A DNA stretch of 63,903 nt, the filler included, from Octopus bimaculoides (taxonomy: Eukaryota): NCBI RefSeq assembly GCF_001194135.2. It is 5 parts of 5 records of this genome, joined end to end, with 100 filler letters (N's around TTAATTAATTAA, not from the genome) between each part and the next. Parts side by side here need not be neighbours in the genome. Positions count along the whole stretch, not along the records: positions 8,202 to 30,472 come from NC_068993.1; positions 30,573 to 55,349 come from NC_068982.1; 3 more parts are not named here. One strand, 5' to 3'. The notes beneath the pieces are model-generated. The model saw only the letters and a program-made list of their open reading frames with translations. It was not told the DNA's origin and ran no database searches. Positions 25,901 to 40,657 of the stretch are shown one piece after another. Position 1 is the stretch's first letter, and each line of letters starts with the position of its first letter. The position numbers and the translations under genes are program-made.

Positions 25901-28241
25901 TGCTGCAGTTGGATTAATGTTAGCGTTAGTAAATCTGATGTTAATAATACTAACGTTGTGTTGGTATTATCGATGACATTGTTACTAGATCTCAGGGAGC
26001 AGACCTATAACCTACGGCGTTCTAGCCTTGATTAGCCTTTTCATTTGTATTCTGAGACATATCATTTGAATTTTGTATTTAAGGCTATTCTAGATGATTT
26101 GATGGTATCTGGTTTCTATACAACTCGTTTGGTGATTATGGTACTGGATGATGTTCACGATCTTCGATGATTTTCTTAATCTGTTATCAAGGTGGAAAGC
26201 AAAGCCCTTAAACTTTTATAGGACCACCGAGAGCGGTGGGACGAGAAAAATACGAGGTGTCCTCAAATCATGGTCCTGGCCCAATGTATGCAACAAAGTG
26301 GGCTCCGCAATGGTACCCAATGTACCCCATGCTGATGTTAAACTAACTGACGGATTAAACCTATGACACAGGTAAGCCATGGTAGGATTTGAACTGAGAA
26401 CAAACAATGAACCGGGACAAAAAAATTCCAAGACGTTCGTTCTGACATTGAACGGTTCTTTCAGTCCATCATCTTCGATCAGTATAGATTCATCGACCCC
26501 GAAAGGATAAAGATAAAGTCAGGAAGGGCGGATTTTGTACTCACAAAGCAGTGTAACTGGACATATACCGCTAAGCATTCTGTACAAGACTCGAATAGAT
26601 CTGATAATGCGCCGATTTGTTCATAGTAGTGTGGTGTGGGTGATATGGGGAGGGTGATGGTGGTGGTGGTGATGGTGGTGATGGTGGTGATGGTGGTGAT
26701 GGTGGTGGTGTTGGTAGTGCTGGGGTTGTTGTTGGTGGTGTTGATGTTAGTGTTGTTCTTGGTAGTAGTGGTGCTGGTGGGCAGGTGGTAGTGACGGTAG
26801 CGGTGGTTATGGCTTTTAGAATGTTGCACTGGATTGGTGTTCGTGTGGTATTATTCGGGTGCTGATTCGGTGTCGTTTGATATGATTTGATGTTGGAGCC
26901 TTTGACATATTTTTAGTTAGGCCTCAGGTCAACATTTTTGAAACATTACAAGTTGATTCGAAGGATGTTTCACGAATTTTTTGCGGATAGTTTCACCAAG
27001 TTGAAATTCCTTTATTATAATGATGAAGATAATGATGATGATAATGAAGATAGCAATTTAATGCTTGTGGTGATGATGATGATGGTGGTGATTGTAGTGT
27101 GGAGTAGTGATGCAGTATTAGTGGAATTTTGGGGACGGGAGTGGCATGGTGGTGATGTGGGGTGACAATGGTTGTGGTGGTGTTGTAGTGGTGTCAATTG
27201 TATTGCTCTTTACAGTATTATAGATGATGACGTTTCGTTCCTTGTATTTATGATGCTGGTGTTGATGATGTGGGATTGATGCCAGTTGTTGTAATTGTTT
27301 TCGGTGGTGGTGGTGGTTGTGGAAGTGGTAATGGTGGTGACCATGACAAGGTTGCAAGATACAACATTCAATGCTAATGAGACAGATGTGTATCTGTAGG
27401 CAGATAACAGCTTTGCTCCTGGAGTAATTATTTTAATTAACACATGCCAATCACATGCATCTGTCGACTGCAGCAATTATAGCATGCTCTACTTATCTCA
27501 GCCTCTATCAATCACTTTCACTGTCTTCCTACGTATGTGCGAGTGCGCGCATATACACAAATCATGAGCGCATACATATACACGCACACAACGCACACAC
27601 ACACTGACACACACATACACACACACACATATATGATGAATTATATGCTTAGCGAAATTCTTTTCGGATGTCTGTTTCACGTGTTCAAATCCTGCCAAAG
27701 CTAAGTTTCCATTAACATTTCGATGACAATAAACAAAGTCTCAGTCGAAAGCTGTTTCAGGCCCTTAAAAAGATCCTTTTCCCCCGCATTTCTCACTGTA
27801 TGCATTTTTAGCCAACGATAGATCGGATTTGTCGTTTTTCAATTATACTTCTGTATCCCTCCTTTCCTCTACTCTTCTTTAAGTGTGATCGCTGGCAGTG
27901 AAGGGGAAACTTGCAGTCATTTTGCAACCACTCGTTCTCCATATGACAAAAGCCGCCCAGTTCCCTTGAGACGGCCTACCTGGGGACAGATGAATAGATT
28001 TACAAAACACAAAAAGCACACACACGTACAGCTATACACATACACACGCACATATGTGTGTGTGTATGTGTGTGTGTGTGTGTGTGTGGTTGTGTTGTAT
28101 AGAAGCTTGCTTCCCAACCACATTGTACTGGGTTCAGTCCCACTGTGTGGCACCTTGCACAAGTGTCTTCTACTGCAGCTTCGAGCCAACAAAAGCCTTG
28201 TGAGTGGATTTGGTAGACGGAATCTGAAAGAAGCCTGTCGT

Positions 28242-28276
<35 letters not shown>

Positions 28277-29301
28277 NNNNNNNNNNNNNNNNNNNNNNNN
28301 NNNNNNNNNNNNNNNNNNNNNNNNNNNNNNNNNNNNNNNNNNNNNNNNNNNNNNNNNNNNNNNNNNNNNNNNNNNNNNNNNNNNNNNNNNNNNNNNNNNN
28401 NNNNNNNNNNNNNNNNNNNNNNNNNNNNNNNNNNNNNNNNNNNNNNNNNNNNNNNNNNNNNNNNNNNNNNNNNNNNNNNNNNNNNNNNNNNNNNNNNNNN
28501 NNNNNNNNNNNNNNNNNNNNNNNNNNNNNNNNNNNNNNNNNNNNNNNNNNNNNNNNNNNNNNNNNNNNNNNNNNNNNNNNNNNNNNNNNNNNNNNNNNNN
28601 NNNNNNNNNNNNNNNNNNNNNNNNNNNNNNNNNNNNNNNNNNNNNNNNNNNNNNNNNNNNNNNNNNNNNNNNNNNNNNNNNNNNNNNNNNNNNNNNNNNN
28701 NNNNNNNNNNNNNNNNNNNNNNNNNNNNNNNNNNNNNNNNNNNNNNNNNNNNNNNNNNNNNNNNNNNNNNNNNNNNNNNNNNNNNNNNNNNNNNNNNNNN
28801 NNNNNNNNNNNNNNNNNNNNNNNNNNNNNNNNNNNNNNNNNNNNNNNNNNNNNNNNNNNNNNNNNNNNNNNNNNNNNNNNNNNNNNNNNNNNNNNNNNNN
28901 NNNNNNNNNNNNNNNNNNNNNNNNNNNNNNNNNNNNNNNNNNNNNNNNNNNNNNNNNNNNNNNNNNNNNNNNNNNNNNNNNNNNNNNNNNNNNNNNNNNN
29001 NNNNNNNNNNNNNNNNNNNNNNNNNNNNNNNNNNNNNNNNNNNNNNNNNNNNNNNNNNNNNNNNNNNNNNNNNNNNNNNNNNNNNNNNNNNNNNNNNNNN
29101 NNNNNNNNNNNNNNNNNNNNNNNNNNNNNNNNNNNNNNNNNNNNNNNNNNNNNNNNNNNNNNNNNNNNNNNNNNNNNNNNNNNNNNNNNNNNNNNNNNNN
29201 NNNNNNNNNNNNNNNNNNNNNNNNNNNNNNNNNNNNNNNNNNNNNNNNNNNNNNNNNNNNNNATATATAAACACATACACATATACACATGCATACATAC
29301 A

Positions 29302-30120
29302 CAGGGTGCGGTGAATAAACTATCGTCTAAATTACGCAAAAGTGAAAATAACACTGACATCTCATTTTGACAGATATGTTTACCAAAATTACGTAAAAAT
29401 ATCTCGAAATAACAAAGAGTAAATGTGTTCTATAAAATCACCATTGGCTTCAACCACGGCCTCCAGACGACTTTGGGATCAACTGCAACTCTTCTGAAAA
29501 ACCTCCTTGCTCAAGTTGGTGAATGCTGCCATAATCCTTGCCTTCAGTTAATCTTTGGTGTTACAAGGAATTTTGTTGGTCTCTCGCTCAACTCTGTCCC
29601 ACACAATAATGAATGGGGTTGCAGTCTGGGGTGGTGATGTCGCAGAAATTGTCTGACTCTTGTTTTGAGTCCTGTTACTGGAGATAGATTCTTTCAGTAG
29701 CCACCCTCTTGATCCATAGCAACACTACCTTCTCCAGGCATTTGATGTAGGCCTCCATGTTAAGTATGAAGCTGTGTGGGGAACAGCAACAGAGGCAAAA
29801 CTTCGCCATCACTAGCGATCACTCCAAACATCATGATGTTGACTGGTTGTTTGATTTTTCTCGCTCTCGGAACATGTCCTTAGAATTCACCTGTCCTCAG
29901 ATTGACAACCAAACACTCTGAAATTGGAGTTTGCTGCGCGATGCAGTAAAGTATGTCGTTTACGAATTTCTGACAGAGTGAATTGCGTCATAGTGCTGTT
30001 TTTTCTCGCAGACGCTACCCAACTGACTCTAATACAATTTGTAGTCGACAAAACCAAAATCATATGCATATGCACGAAATAAAAAGTATAAAAGGGCGAC
30101 AATTTACCCATCGCATGAAG
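29302..30120 (-). mobile_element. Internally deleted Tc1/mariner element
   Basis: Imperfect TIRs (CAGGGTGCGGTGAATAAACTATCG and reverse CTTCATGCGATGGGTAAATTGTCG), TA at the right end. Minus-strand remnants IMMFGVIASDG, AYIKCLEKVV, PDCNP, SRLEAVVEANGDFIE. Confidence 0.75.
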
Positions 30121-30364
30121 TATAAGTGTGTGTGTATATATGTGTATGTGTGTGTCTCTGTCTTTGTATCTGTGTTTGTCACCCCCACTATCGCTTTGCA
30201 ACCTATACTGGTGTGTTTGTGTGCCCGTACTTTAGCAGTTTGGCAAAAGGGAATGATAGAATAATTACCAGGTGCTTACATAGATTTCTCCGACTAAACC
30301 TCTTTAAGGCGGTGCTCTAGCATAGCCGCAGTCAAATGAATGAAACAAGTAAAAGAATAAAAGA

Positions 30365-30395
<31 letters not shown>

Positions 30396-30472
30396 CGTGT
30401 GTGTGTGCGTGTGTGTGTATATACATATATAAGTGTATATGTATATATAAATATATATATATGTATATATAT

Positions 30473-30572
30473 NNNNNNNNNNNNNNNNNNNNNNNNNNNN
30501 NNNNNNNNNNNNNNNNTTAATTAATTAANNNNNNNNNNNNNNNNNNNNNNNNNNNNNNNNNNNNNNNNNNNN
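30473..30572. other. Artificial assembly spacer
   Basis: Identical structure. Confidence 0.95.
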
Positions 30573-30669
30573 AAATCAAAATTTGTTTTTACATCATAAG
30601 AATTTAGAAACTTTGAGAGAACGTAAAATAATTTGTTTTTAACAGTTGAACAAAGCTATAAATATTAGC

Positions 30670-30705
<36 letters not shown>

Positions 30706-30709
30706 TATC

Positions 30710-30938
30710 TTAACTCTTAAGTATTCAGATTACTGTCAAATGTATTGCTTAGTTATTCACACTGTTTTGAATTAATTGTTCATTTGTTCATAGTTGTGAG
30801 ATTTCAATGAGGTGATTTTTTTTTATTTTTAGAATGACATTGCAGGGTAGGTATGACAGGGAAGATCTGGTTGGTTTAAACATAAAATAAGTAGAATATT
30901 CTGGCCGGGTATGATCATTTTAAATGCTAAAGGCTTAA
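30710..30938. mobile_element. piggyBac-type MITE, same family
   Basis: TTAA-flanked, colinear with 38706-38934. Confidence 0.7.
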
Positions 30939-31543
30939 AAAATCGTTTTGGATAGACAAAAGTTGAAGGCTGTCTGAAAGACGTTGAACCCCTATCTTTT
31001 GTAAACATGACAGAAATAGTCTTTGGCTTTTCCTATCCCAAGGGATTTTTTTACCCCAATATTTACATGCCATTATTTATAGCTTTATTTACTTTTGAGT
31101 TTGACCATTAAAAACAAATAATTTCAAAATTTATTCCTTCATAGCATGCAAATGCTAAAAAGAAATGAAGAAAAACAGCTGGAGCTATCACAAAAAATAG
31201 TAGAGATATTTTATGGAGATTACATGGAATAAATACTATTACGAAAATCAACAATTATTGGAAGGTTTAAGCAGAATCACTTCAATTCTCCGATCGTACT
31301 TTACAAAAGAGAGAGAGAAAGATGAAGAGTTAATATCAGAAATCTCTGAAAAATATACCTTTTTATAATGAAATTTTGCAGACATAGGTTTTTTATGGAG
31401 AATAAATTGTGATTATCTTCTTTTACTTATGGCAGTCATTAGACTGATATAATAAAAAACTAAAGTCAGAACGAAGGGAGCATTGTTGCAACAACAAAAA
31501 TATCAAAAAATTAAATAAATTGAAATTTAAAAGGTACACCTAC

Positions 31544-31642
31544 TTTAATAAATTCAATAAGTTTATTGTAAATGTGGGCCCCTTTTGGTAGGAAAAAGCA
31601 ACTTCCTGGACTTTGTTCATGAAAGAAAAACAGTTCTTGTTC
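31544..31642 (-). CDS. TARS1: ThrRS exon 10 [33 protein letters not shown] (last exon visible)
   Basis: tttcag acceptor, AAA/GTAGGT donor, 99 nt, phase 0-0. Confidence 0.96.
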
Positions 31643-34600
31643 CTGAAAAAGAGAATTGAAACAAATGGCAGGTTAAGTACAAGAAATCAAGATCCAGCGT
31701 TGATTTTCATTCTCTTTGATTCTTCCTAAACCCATTAAATATATATCCACAGCTATCACTTACAATCAAGTATGACTTTATGGCATGCACCATGCTTTCA
31801 CTACTTGTGTTACATACCTCTCTGTAGTTACAAATGGTTTGCTGCCCTCAAAATATCAAGGATATGACTGCTAGACTAAAAGGGGACTGTACTGGCAAGA
31901 AAATAACGCACCATCTAATCAAGGAACACAACTCACAACCTTATATTCATATGTGCCTTAACAAAGGGAAGTTAACACAACCAAAAACAAATTGACCATG
32001 GACAGCAATGGAACAAGAACCCACAACTGTTTGTCTCATTCCATCCGTAGCTTATCAAAAAGAAGGTTGTATTTCACAAAAAAACCTACAGGAATAAAGG
32101 TCAATTTTTTTATGTAATCAAGTTTCCTGTTACCTCCAAAATCACAATCACTCAACAGTGAAATAAGAATGAACTCTGTTGTCAGACTGCAGAAAACTGA
32201 GAATTCAGCACCAGTGCCAATAAGGGGAGGGAGGGGGTTTGTGAATTTGTCAGAACATCGGTTTGGAATCTGGAGAGCCAAAGAGGGGCCTATCTGTTGT
32301 ATCCTCAATTTCCTAAACAGGGCTCAGCCTCTTGAATTTTGAGAGGCTTCTGCCTCGATCCCTGAGGACTGTAAGTAGTTTTGATATGCCTTCCTAAAAT
32401 TCTCTTGGAGGCCTTGTCCAGAAGTATCACTTGAAAACCAGAACATTCAGTCACAGTATCATCATCATCATTTAACATCCACTTTTCTATGCTTGTATGG
32501 ATCAGACAGAATTTGTTGAGGTAGATACTTTTCAGCTGGATGCCCTTCCTGTTGCCAACCCTCATCTTTATTCAAACAAGGACGTTTTTCACAGAAGACT
32601 GGAAATGAACAACATCAGTTGTATGACAATAACACTTGTTTATGACAACACCTGGTGTCTAAAGAAGGCTACACAAAAACACATATATGACAGGTTTCTT
32701 TCAGTTTCCATCTATTAAATCCACTAACAGGGCTTCGGTCAGTCCAGAGCTAAATTAGAAGACACCCAAGGTGCCATACAGTAAGACTGAACCTAAGATC
32801 ACATTGTTGGGAAGCAAGCTTCTTAACCACATAGCCATGCACATGCCTATCTGAATAAAAGACAGATGATTGTGGAAGGAACATCTTTGACCATAATCGT
32901 CGCCACCACCACCACCACTATATTTCCATAAAGTTACCCCCACCCATGTTGTTGTTGTTGTTGGCACTCCGTCGCTTACGACGTCGAGGATTCCAGTTGA
33001 TCCGATCAACGGAACAGCCTGCTCGTGAAATTAACGTGCAAGTGGCTGAGCACTCCACAGACACATGTACCCTTAACGTAGTTCTCGGAGATATTCAGCG
33101 TGACACAGTGTGACAAGGCTGACCCTTTGAATTACAGGCACAACAGGAAGTAAGAGTGAGAGAAAGTTGTGGTGGAAGAATACAGCAGGGTTTGCCACCA
33201 TCCCCTGCCAGAGACTCGTGGAACTTTTAGGTGTTTTCGCTCAATAAACATTCACAACGTCCAGTCTGGGAATCGAAACCGCGATCCTATGACCGCGAGT
33301 CCGCTGCCCTAACCACTGGGCCATTGCACCTCCACCCCCACCCATGTTATACAGAAAAGAAACTAACCTTGCATCATAGAAGACAACAATGAAACATTCT
33401 ACTTACCCGGCCTATCTTACGATGGTCTCTCTTTGCTGCTTCCTCTTGCAAATGTTTCCATTCCTTCATTTGTTTTGGTTCTGGGAAGGATATACCATAT
33501 ATCCTGTTTAAAGATTCAGCCTCAGCCTTACCTTCCCAATAAGTGGAGGAATTCTACAGAAAAGAGAGAGGGGGGAGGAGAAAGAAAGTAGTATGTAAGT
33601 GGGAGGAAGATAAAAGAAAATGATGTATGGATAATTTATTCAGGAAAAAAATGATAATGTATGCGATGGGTACAAACTTTTAAAGGAGACTAGGTTAAGT
33701 CTGCCAGCTGCATTTTTGGCAGGAAAATACTACCATCACTCACTATCATGTAACTTTCTAATTATGACGTGTAGCTTTATAATTATTGACATGTAGCCTT
33801 TAACTATGATTACATGAAACTCCATAATTATGATACCATGTAGCTTATAGTTATGGCAACATCTAGCTTTACAATTATGACATGTAGCTTATAGTTATGA
33901 TAACATGTAGCTTTATAGTTATGATAACATGTAGATTTATAGTTATGATGACATATAGCTTTACAATGACAACATGCAAACCAAACAATAGAAATACATA
34001 AGTTTGTTTAGAGCAAAAAGTAATGTGACTTGACTAAGGATATATACATTGCAATGCCTGTAGCAGGGTTGGAACATATGCTTTTAATGAATGTCCAAGC
34101 CATTAGGCAGTAGAACATCAGGTGGTGTACTGTGATAAAATTAGGAAAAGTGAAAAGGGAAATAAAATATAAAAGAGAGAGTGAAAAAAAACCCCACTTT
34201 GAAAGTAAGTTTTTATAAAGGTGGTGAAAAACAAAATGAAAATTACCTTGGTAACAGCAAGAGCTTTCACTTTACCAGTGTGCCTTATGTGAGGCCCGCG
34301 ACACAAGTCAATCAGAGACCCACATCTGGTCAGAGAAGGAAAAATTTCATTTCAAAACAGTAAGAATTAAAATTATGTAGATTATTTTTCATATATCATC
34401 CTGTGATGCACCAAGATGCATCATCAGTGATGTTTCTTGGGGTCATCAGGTGTTTTGAATCTTTCAACATCAGATACACTGATTCCGGTTGACCCAGCCA
34501 AGGTTGATCAAACCCCAGCAAGTGTCCAGTTACCACTACCCTTGACAGCACTGCCTGCCCCTTCTAGGTTACCTCAAGAAAGCTGTGGATCAGGAGCTGT

Positions 34601-37600
34601 CTTGAGGTAATCTCCACTACCTCCACAGCCAACCTGATGACCTTCCTGCCTACTGGCTTGCAAACCCTCCGCATCTCACCTTAATGGAATACCACCTTGC
34701 TTCCCACTCATTGCTTTAGCATAGATCCACCAGCTTAACACATTTCCTCTTACTCTAGTACTAACAGATCCACCTGCTTGAATGCTTCTGAGATCAGCCC
34801 CACATCCAGCCTTAGTGATATCACTCTCCTCTCACTCTTATGAAATTATCTACCCTCTCCTTTTGCTCTTGATCCACTGTTTGTATTCTCTCATACTCCC
34901 CTCCTTGTACCGTGAAAGTTCATTTGGGTACTTCACCACCACCCTCTTTGTCTTTCTATCATACTTTAGCTTTGCAACAGCTGGCATAAGGTCACCTCCT
35001 CCTCTCTCAAGTATACTCTCCACACAGTGAAGAGGACTTTTTCTTTACTTTGTTTTGCAAATTATTTTACCTCATTAGTGCCAGGGGCATAAAAAGAAGC
35101 ACTCAATACAAAATGATTGGTGTTAGGAAGGGGTAGAAACCATGTCAAAACTGAGAGACTGGAGCTCAGTGCAGTTCTGCAAGCTGGTCAAATCCTGTCA
35201 ATCTGCCCAATCCATACCAACATAAAAAAATGAGTGAAGATGATGATGATAGTGGTGGTGATAATGATGATGATTTTTGAGTTCCCCCTATTTAGTTGGG
35301 GGGGCTTTTCTCCTTTTTCTGTCTTTCTGTTCTTTTATTGTGCAAGTTATGTGGCAACCTCACTAATGCTGGTGCCAGGAAAAAAGCATCCACTTCACTC
35401 TGTAAAGCAGCTTGGCATTAGGAAGAACATCCAGCTGTAGACACCATGCCAAACCTGATGCTGAAGCTTGATGTGGTCCTGCAACTTGCCCGGATCTTGT
35501 GAAACCATCCAACCCATGCCAGCATGGAAAACAGACAGTAAAGGATGATGATGATCATTAACTTTATCAAGCACTTGGAATCTTACCCACTTAATAATTA
35601 CATGTTTAGAAATATTGCTTGCTGTATGAGATTACATTTCAGATTATAACAATGTGTAATGAAGGAAACAAAATCTTGGAATGAATGAAGCTTTTTCTTT
35701 GTTTGTAGAGCAACCAAGTCTAAATAACTAATGATCAACAAGTCAGCTTTGATTGTAGACTCTTGAGTACCAATAAAAGGTTCGAGGGAAATGATTTTGT
35801 CCATCAATTTCACATATGTTTACGTAGGTAAATCATAAACATGATGAGATAAGAAAATCATGCTTTACTTACCGATATATCGTAGTTGTTGGCGTGGTGA
35901 CTTTCTCATTCAGAATTCTCTGCTTGAATTTGTTATACTAAAGAAAGAGAGGAAGAAAATTGGACAAAATTATCATTAATGCTATAATCCAGATTATTCT
36001 TAGGCTAGCAGGATTCTTTACAGGTCGTGATAAAACAATGAGCATCAGGCTGTAAAAATCCTTCCTCAAATGTTTTCTCATCTAACCTAATCAAGCATGG
36101 AAAAACAGACATCAAACAACAGAAAATCCAAAGAAATTACTGATGGAATAAATGATTTTGCTGTGAAGAAGAAAAGTCAGGCCCTTTACATAGAATCTTT
36201 TGTTGAGCAATTAAAATGTTAGACTTCACTTCCCCTAAAGCAAAGTAATTTATTCAATTTGAGAAATAAGTATATTAATCTAGTCAAAGTGAAAGTAGCT
36301 TTGTTCCAGCTGTAAATACCTTAAACATCTCTAAAAGATCTTCTTTCTTCACCTCTAATCTTTCAAAAGGTTGCTTCTCTTTCACTATTGACTTGACAGC
36401 AGTTTCAATGGCGTTATAATCATTACTCGATACTTGCCTGAAGCAAAAGATAGTATGTAATATAATGGAAGATGCGGAAACAGTTTGATGACTAAATAAA
36501 GGGATAAGTGAACTCGATACAGTAAAGTAAGAGAAAAAATGAAAGATCTTGTGTCAATTTCTATGTTTCAAGTGTAAAGTTATGGTGCAATAGAATGTAT
36601 ATTTTAAATGCGGATATCATAGCAAAATAGGTTTAATTTCAGAGTAGCCATCAGTCAGGAGCCTGCCCTGTGTCAAAGGGTCAGCCTGTTAAGACTCAGC
36701 AATTCCCTCTGTGCTGCATGCATACAATCAGTCAGGCTCTTGTTCCCAATCCATTCTTCCATGGTATCAGTCCACAAATGTCTTTAATGACCTCTTGGTC
36801 TCTTCCCCTCCACACTTTCTATCAGGATTGTAGGTAATGACTTGTGGTACATTGTTATGTCCAAAATACGACAACTTTGTGGACTTGATTCTTGACAAAA
36901 GGTGTCTTTAATTTTCAGCTTTTCTACTATTGTAGCATATGCTGCCCAGTTTTTCCAGCTTAATCTGTCCAATCTGCAAAAGATCTACAACTCAATGGTT
37001 TCCAGCTTTTTCTCCAACATAGTCCAAGTTCTTACCAAGTAGAGGACAATCAGCAAAATATAACAGTTTATTAGTCTCAATTTTAGGTGCAGTGTTCTGT
37101 CTTCTGACATGAAGGTCTTTTTCATACTTATAAATATTTTAGCCTTATTTATTAATTTCTTTTTCACAGTGACCTTCCTGATATATTATGTCCTAAAAAC
37201 TTGAAAGATTTTTTTAATTGTTCAAACTTCTGTCCATCTACCTCTACATTTGCCTCCTTTTGTTCTGTTTTACAAATAACTCACTATTGTCTTTGTCCTT
37301 TTTACATCCATATTCACCAATATTTAAATCTTCCCTATTACTGTGCTCCCTTACAACATGTAATTTCTCACTGCAGGGGTTGACTCACAAAGATTCAAGA
37401 GGAACAGTTTCGGCATCAATCTCATCAGATTAAGATCTGCAAAGGCCACGAGCAATGAGAGAGAGAGAGACACACACACACACACTGACAGAGCTCAGAG
37501 ACCTTGCAGTCTACCAATTTACTACCAGTGTTACACAGAAGAATAAAGAGAAATAATCTAATGCGTACAACTTTCTGTCCCCTATTTTGGCTTGGAGGTG

Positions 37601-40600
37601 GGGGAGGGGAGACATTAACAGTAACAAAAATACATACCCATCGTCAATGAACATGTCATAATAAAATCCTCCCTCAATTGGTGGTCCATAACAAAGGTGT
37701 CCACCATATTTCAGTTCCATGGCCTCTCCAAGAATATGTGCACTGGAATGCCAAAATACTTGTTTCCCTAGAATAAAAAAAAAAAAGAGTATATCAACTA
37801 AATATTGATTTCAAATCTTGGCATAAGGACAGCAAGTTCAGGGGAGGGGTAAGTCAATTACATCAACCCCAGTGCTCAATTGGTACTTATTTTATAGACC
37901 ACAAAAGGATAAAAAGCAAAGCTAACATCAACAGAATTTGAACTCAGAATCTAAAGATGGACAAAATGCCACTAAGCATTTTGCATGCTGTGCTAACGAT
38001 TCTGTCAGCTCACTACTTTATAGCAGTCAAATGTTAACATTACACATGATTGGCACGTGAAGCAGTGTCATGAAATAAACAAAACTTTTCCATAAGTTCA
38101 AATATCTTTGGGACATATTTGACCGGCATAGAGGCCACTTTCACTGCAGTTTGCCATGGAGAAAAATTCTTGCTTTAGACAAAAGCTTTAAGCACCAATG
38201 TCATTTCATAGCTACCACTATGAATTAATATATGCATTTCAAGCTACTTTGCATTCATTAGTATAAAATACCTAGCAGGACAACTAAGAAATGACTGAAA
38301 GATTTCGCTTCCTTATAAAAAAAATCAGTAGAAACCATTCACTGACTGTGTGCTGTGAACACCAAGCTGGGACAAAATATATGGGCCACATATGAAGTAG
38401 TCATCATCATCATCATTGTTTAACGTCCGCTTTCCATGCTAGCATGGGTTGGACGATTTGACTGAGGACTGGTGAAACCAGATAGCTACACCAGGCTCCA
38501 ATCTAATTTGGCAGAGTTTCTACAGCTGGATGCCCTTCCTAACGCCAACCACTCAGATAGTGTAGTGGGTGCTTTTACGTGTCACCCGCACAAAGGCTAG
38601 TCAGGCGGTACTGGCAACGGCCACGCTCAAAATGGTGCATTTTATGTGCCACCCGCACAAGAGCCAGTCCATGGGCACTGGCAACGATAAACAAGTTTTT
38701 TGTATTTAACCCTTTAGCAATCAGATTATTCTGTCAAAATGTAAAGCTTATTTATCCACATTGTTTTGAATCAATCATGCATTATCTCGTAGCTTTGAGA
38801 TGTCAATGATGTGACTATATACTTTTAGAATAACATTGTAGGGTAAGTGTAAGAGGCCAGACCTGGTTGGTTTGGACATAAAACAGGTAAAATATTTGGG
38901 TTGGATAAAGCCAGTTTAAATGTTAAAGGGTTAAATATTGTGACTACAGTGAAATTGTTTAGATAAATAAACCAGATATTTTTACCTTCATCATCATCAA
39001 ATTTTAAAAACTTGATGGTGCAATCTTTTTCCAGTGGGCGTTCGATATCCCACAATTCATCATTCACCTTGGATATCACAGTGTTATCAGCCAGTCCCTG
39101 ACTGAAAAATACAACAAACATTATCTTTAATATATATATATATATAATGTAGTTCCATGATGGTAAAATCAACAAAAAAATGTATTCCATCTGGTGAGAG
39201 ATAAATATTATATAATATACACGTGTTTATATATGTTACTAATAGTTTCAAGTTTTAGTTCATTATGATATGTAGTTTGTGTTTGATGAAAATGTTTGAG
39301 GTATTTCTCAACATATGAAACTACTAGTAGCCCACATAAACATAAACATGTATTGTGTATATTAAATAATATATATATATATATATGAGATGGCAGAATA
39401 TTTGCAGAATAGGAAAATGTCATGCATTATTAGATCAGTCCCCCACTATCACAGAGGATCTCTTCTACAAAAGCACATCCTTAAAACAGTTAAGATTATA
39501 TTCTGATAACTGACCCTTCTCTTCAGTGCCAGAAAGTACTTCAACACCCAAAGTTTACTGAAATTCTACAAAGCTCAGTACTGCTGTCACATTTGTGACA
39601 GGGCTGCTACTGTATACAAGACTGCTTTTAAAAAAAGGACTGACTGGCATGAAGGTGCCTAGCTTAGTGGTTAGGATGTTGAACTAATGATCGTAAGATT
39701 GTGATTTCGATTAATGAACTGGGCAATGCGTTGTGTTCTTGAACAAAACATTGAGCCAGCAAAAATGAGTATTCCAGTGATGGACCGTCTGTCCAGTGGG
39801 GAGTATAAATATACCAGAGAATCCAGAAAACCTGCCCTATGAGTCTATGTGACACAGAAAGGAGTGACTGGCATGACATTACTCACAGACAGCCTCCAGC
39901 TTCTGACCCACAGGCTTTTCTACTGCTGCTATAATGGCCTTGTAGCTGGCCAGGCTCATGTTACTCTCATACCACTAACCTCTTTCCCCCTTTCATTACC
40001 TTTATTGCATCCAACCCACAGGTTCCATGCTAACTGCTACACCTAGTTCTCCCTTTCCAGAATATCAGCCCTCTGGAAATCTCTCCCTGCTCATGTTGAC
40101 TTAAAAAAGGTTCAAGAGGAATATTAATGGTAAGGCCTATGAAGGCCAGGGACTATCTCCCACCTCCCTCCAGACCTGGCATTCATTATTTTAATGTCCA
40201 CTTTTCCATGCTTGCATGGGTCAGAAAATCTGTTGAGCCAAATTTTTTATGGCTGGATACTCTTCCTGTTGCCAACCTTCACCTCTTTCCAAATAAGGTT
40301 ATAATTTCTCATGACTGGACATGTTTCCATGGAAGATTGGAGACAAAGGACACTGTTTGCATGACAGTCATCTACAACTATCACATGAACTTAGGGCAAG
40401 GAGACAGTAATGCACACATATGCTTAAATTCTGTTTTTTTTTAAAGGATTTTTCGCATTTTGCATTAATGCAGGCATGTAAGTAATTTATTCATTATCAA
40501 ATATAATAGAATAAATTATTTACATGCTTTTAAGTTATGAAACAATTTGTCGTGATATTAGAATTTTCTTATTGTTAAATGAAGTTTCATCAAACTATTT

Positions 40601-40616
40601 TTCTGTCATTTGTGAC

Positions 40617-40657
<41 letters not shown>

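Noticed and set aside
34400-34500. C/D box snoRNA in intron 7
   Set aside because: TGATGA-like words occur, but there is no correctly spaced terminal CTGA or closing stem.
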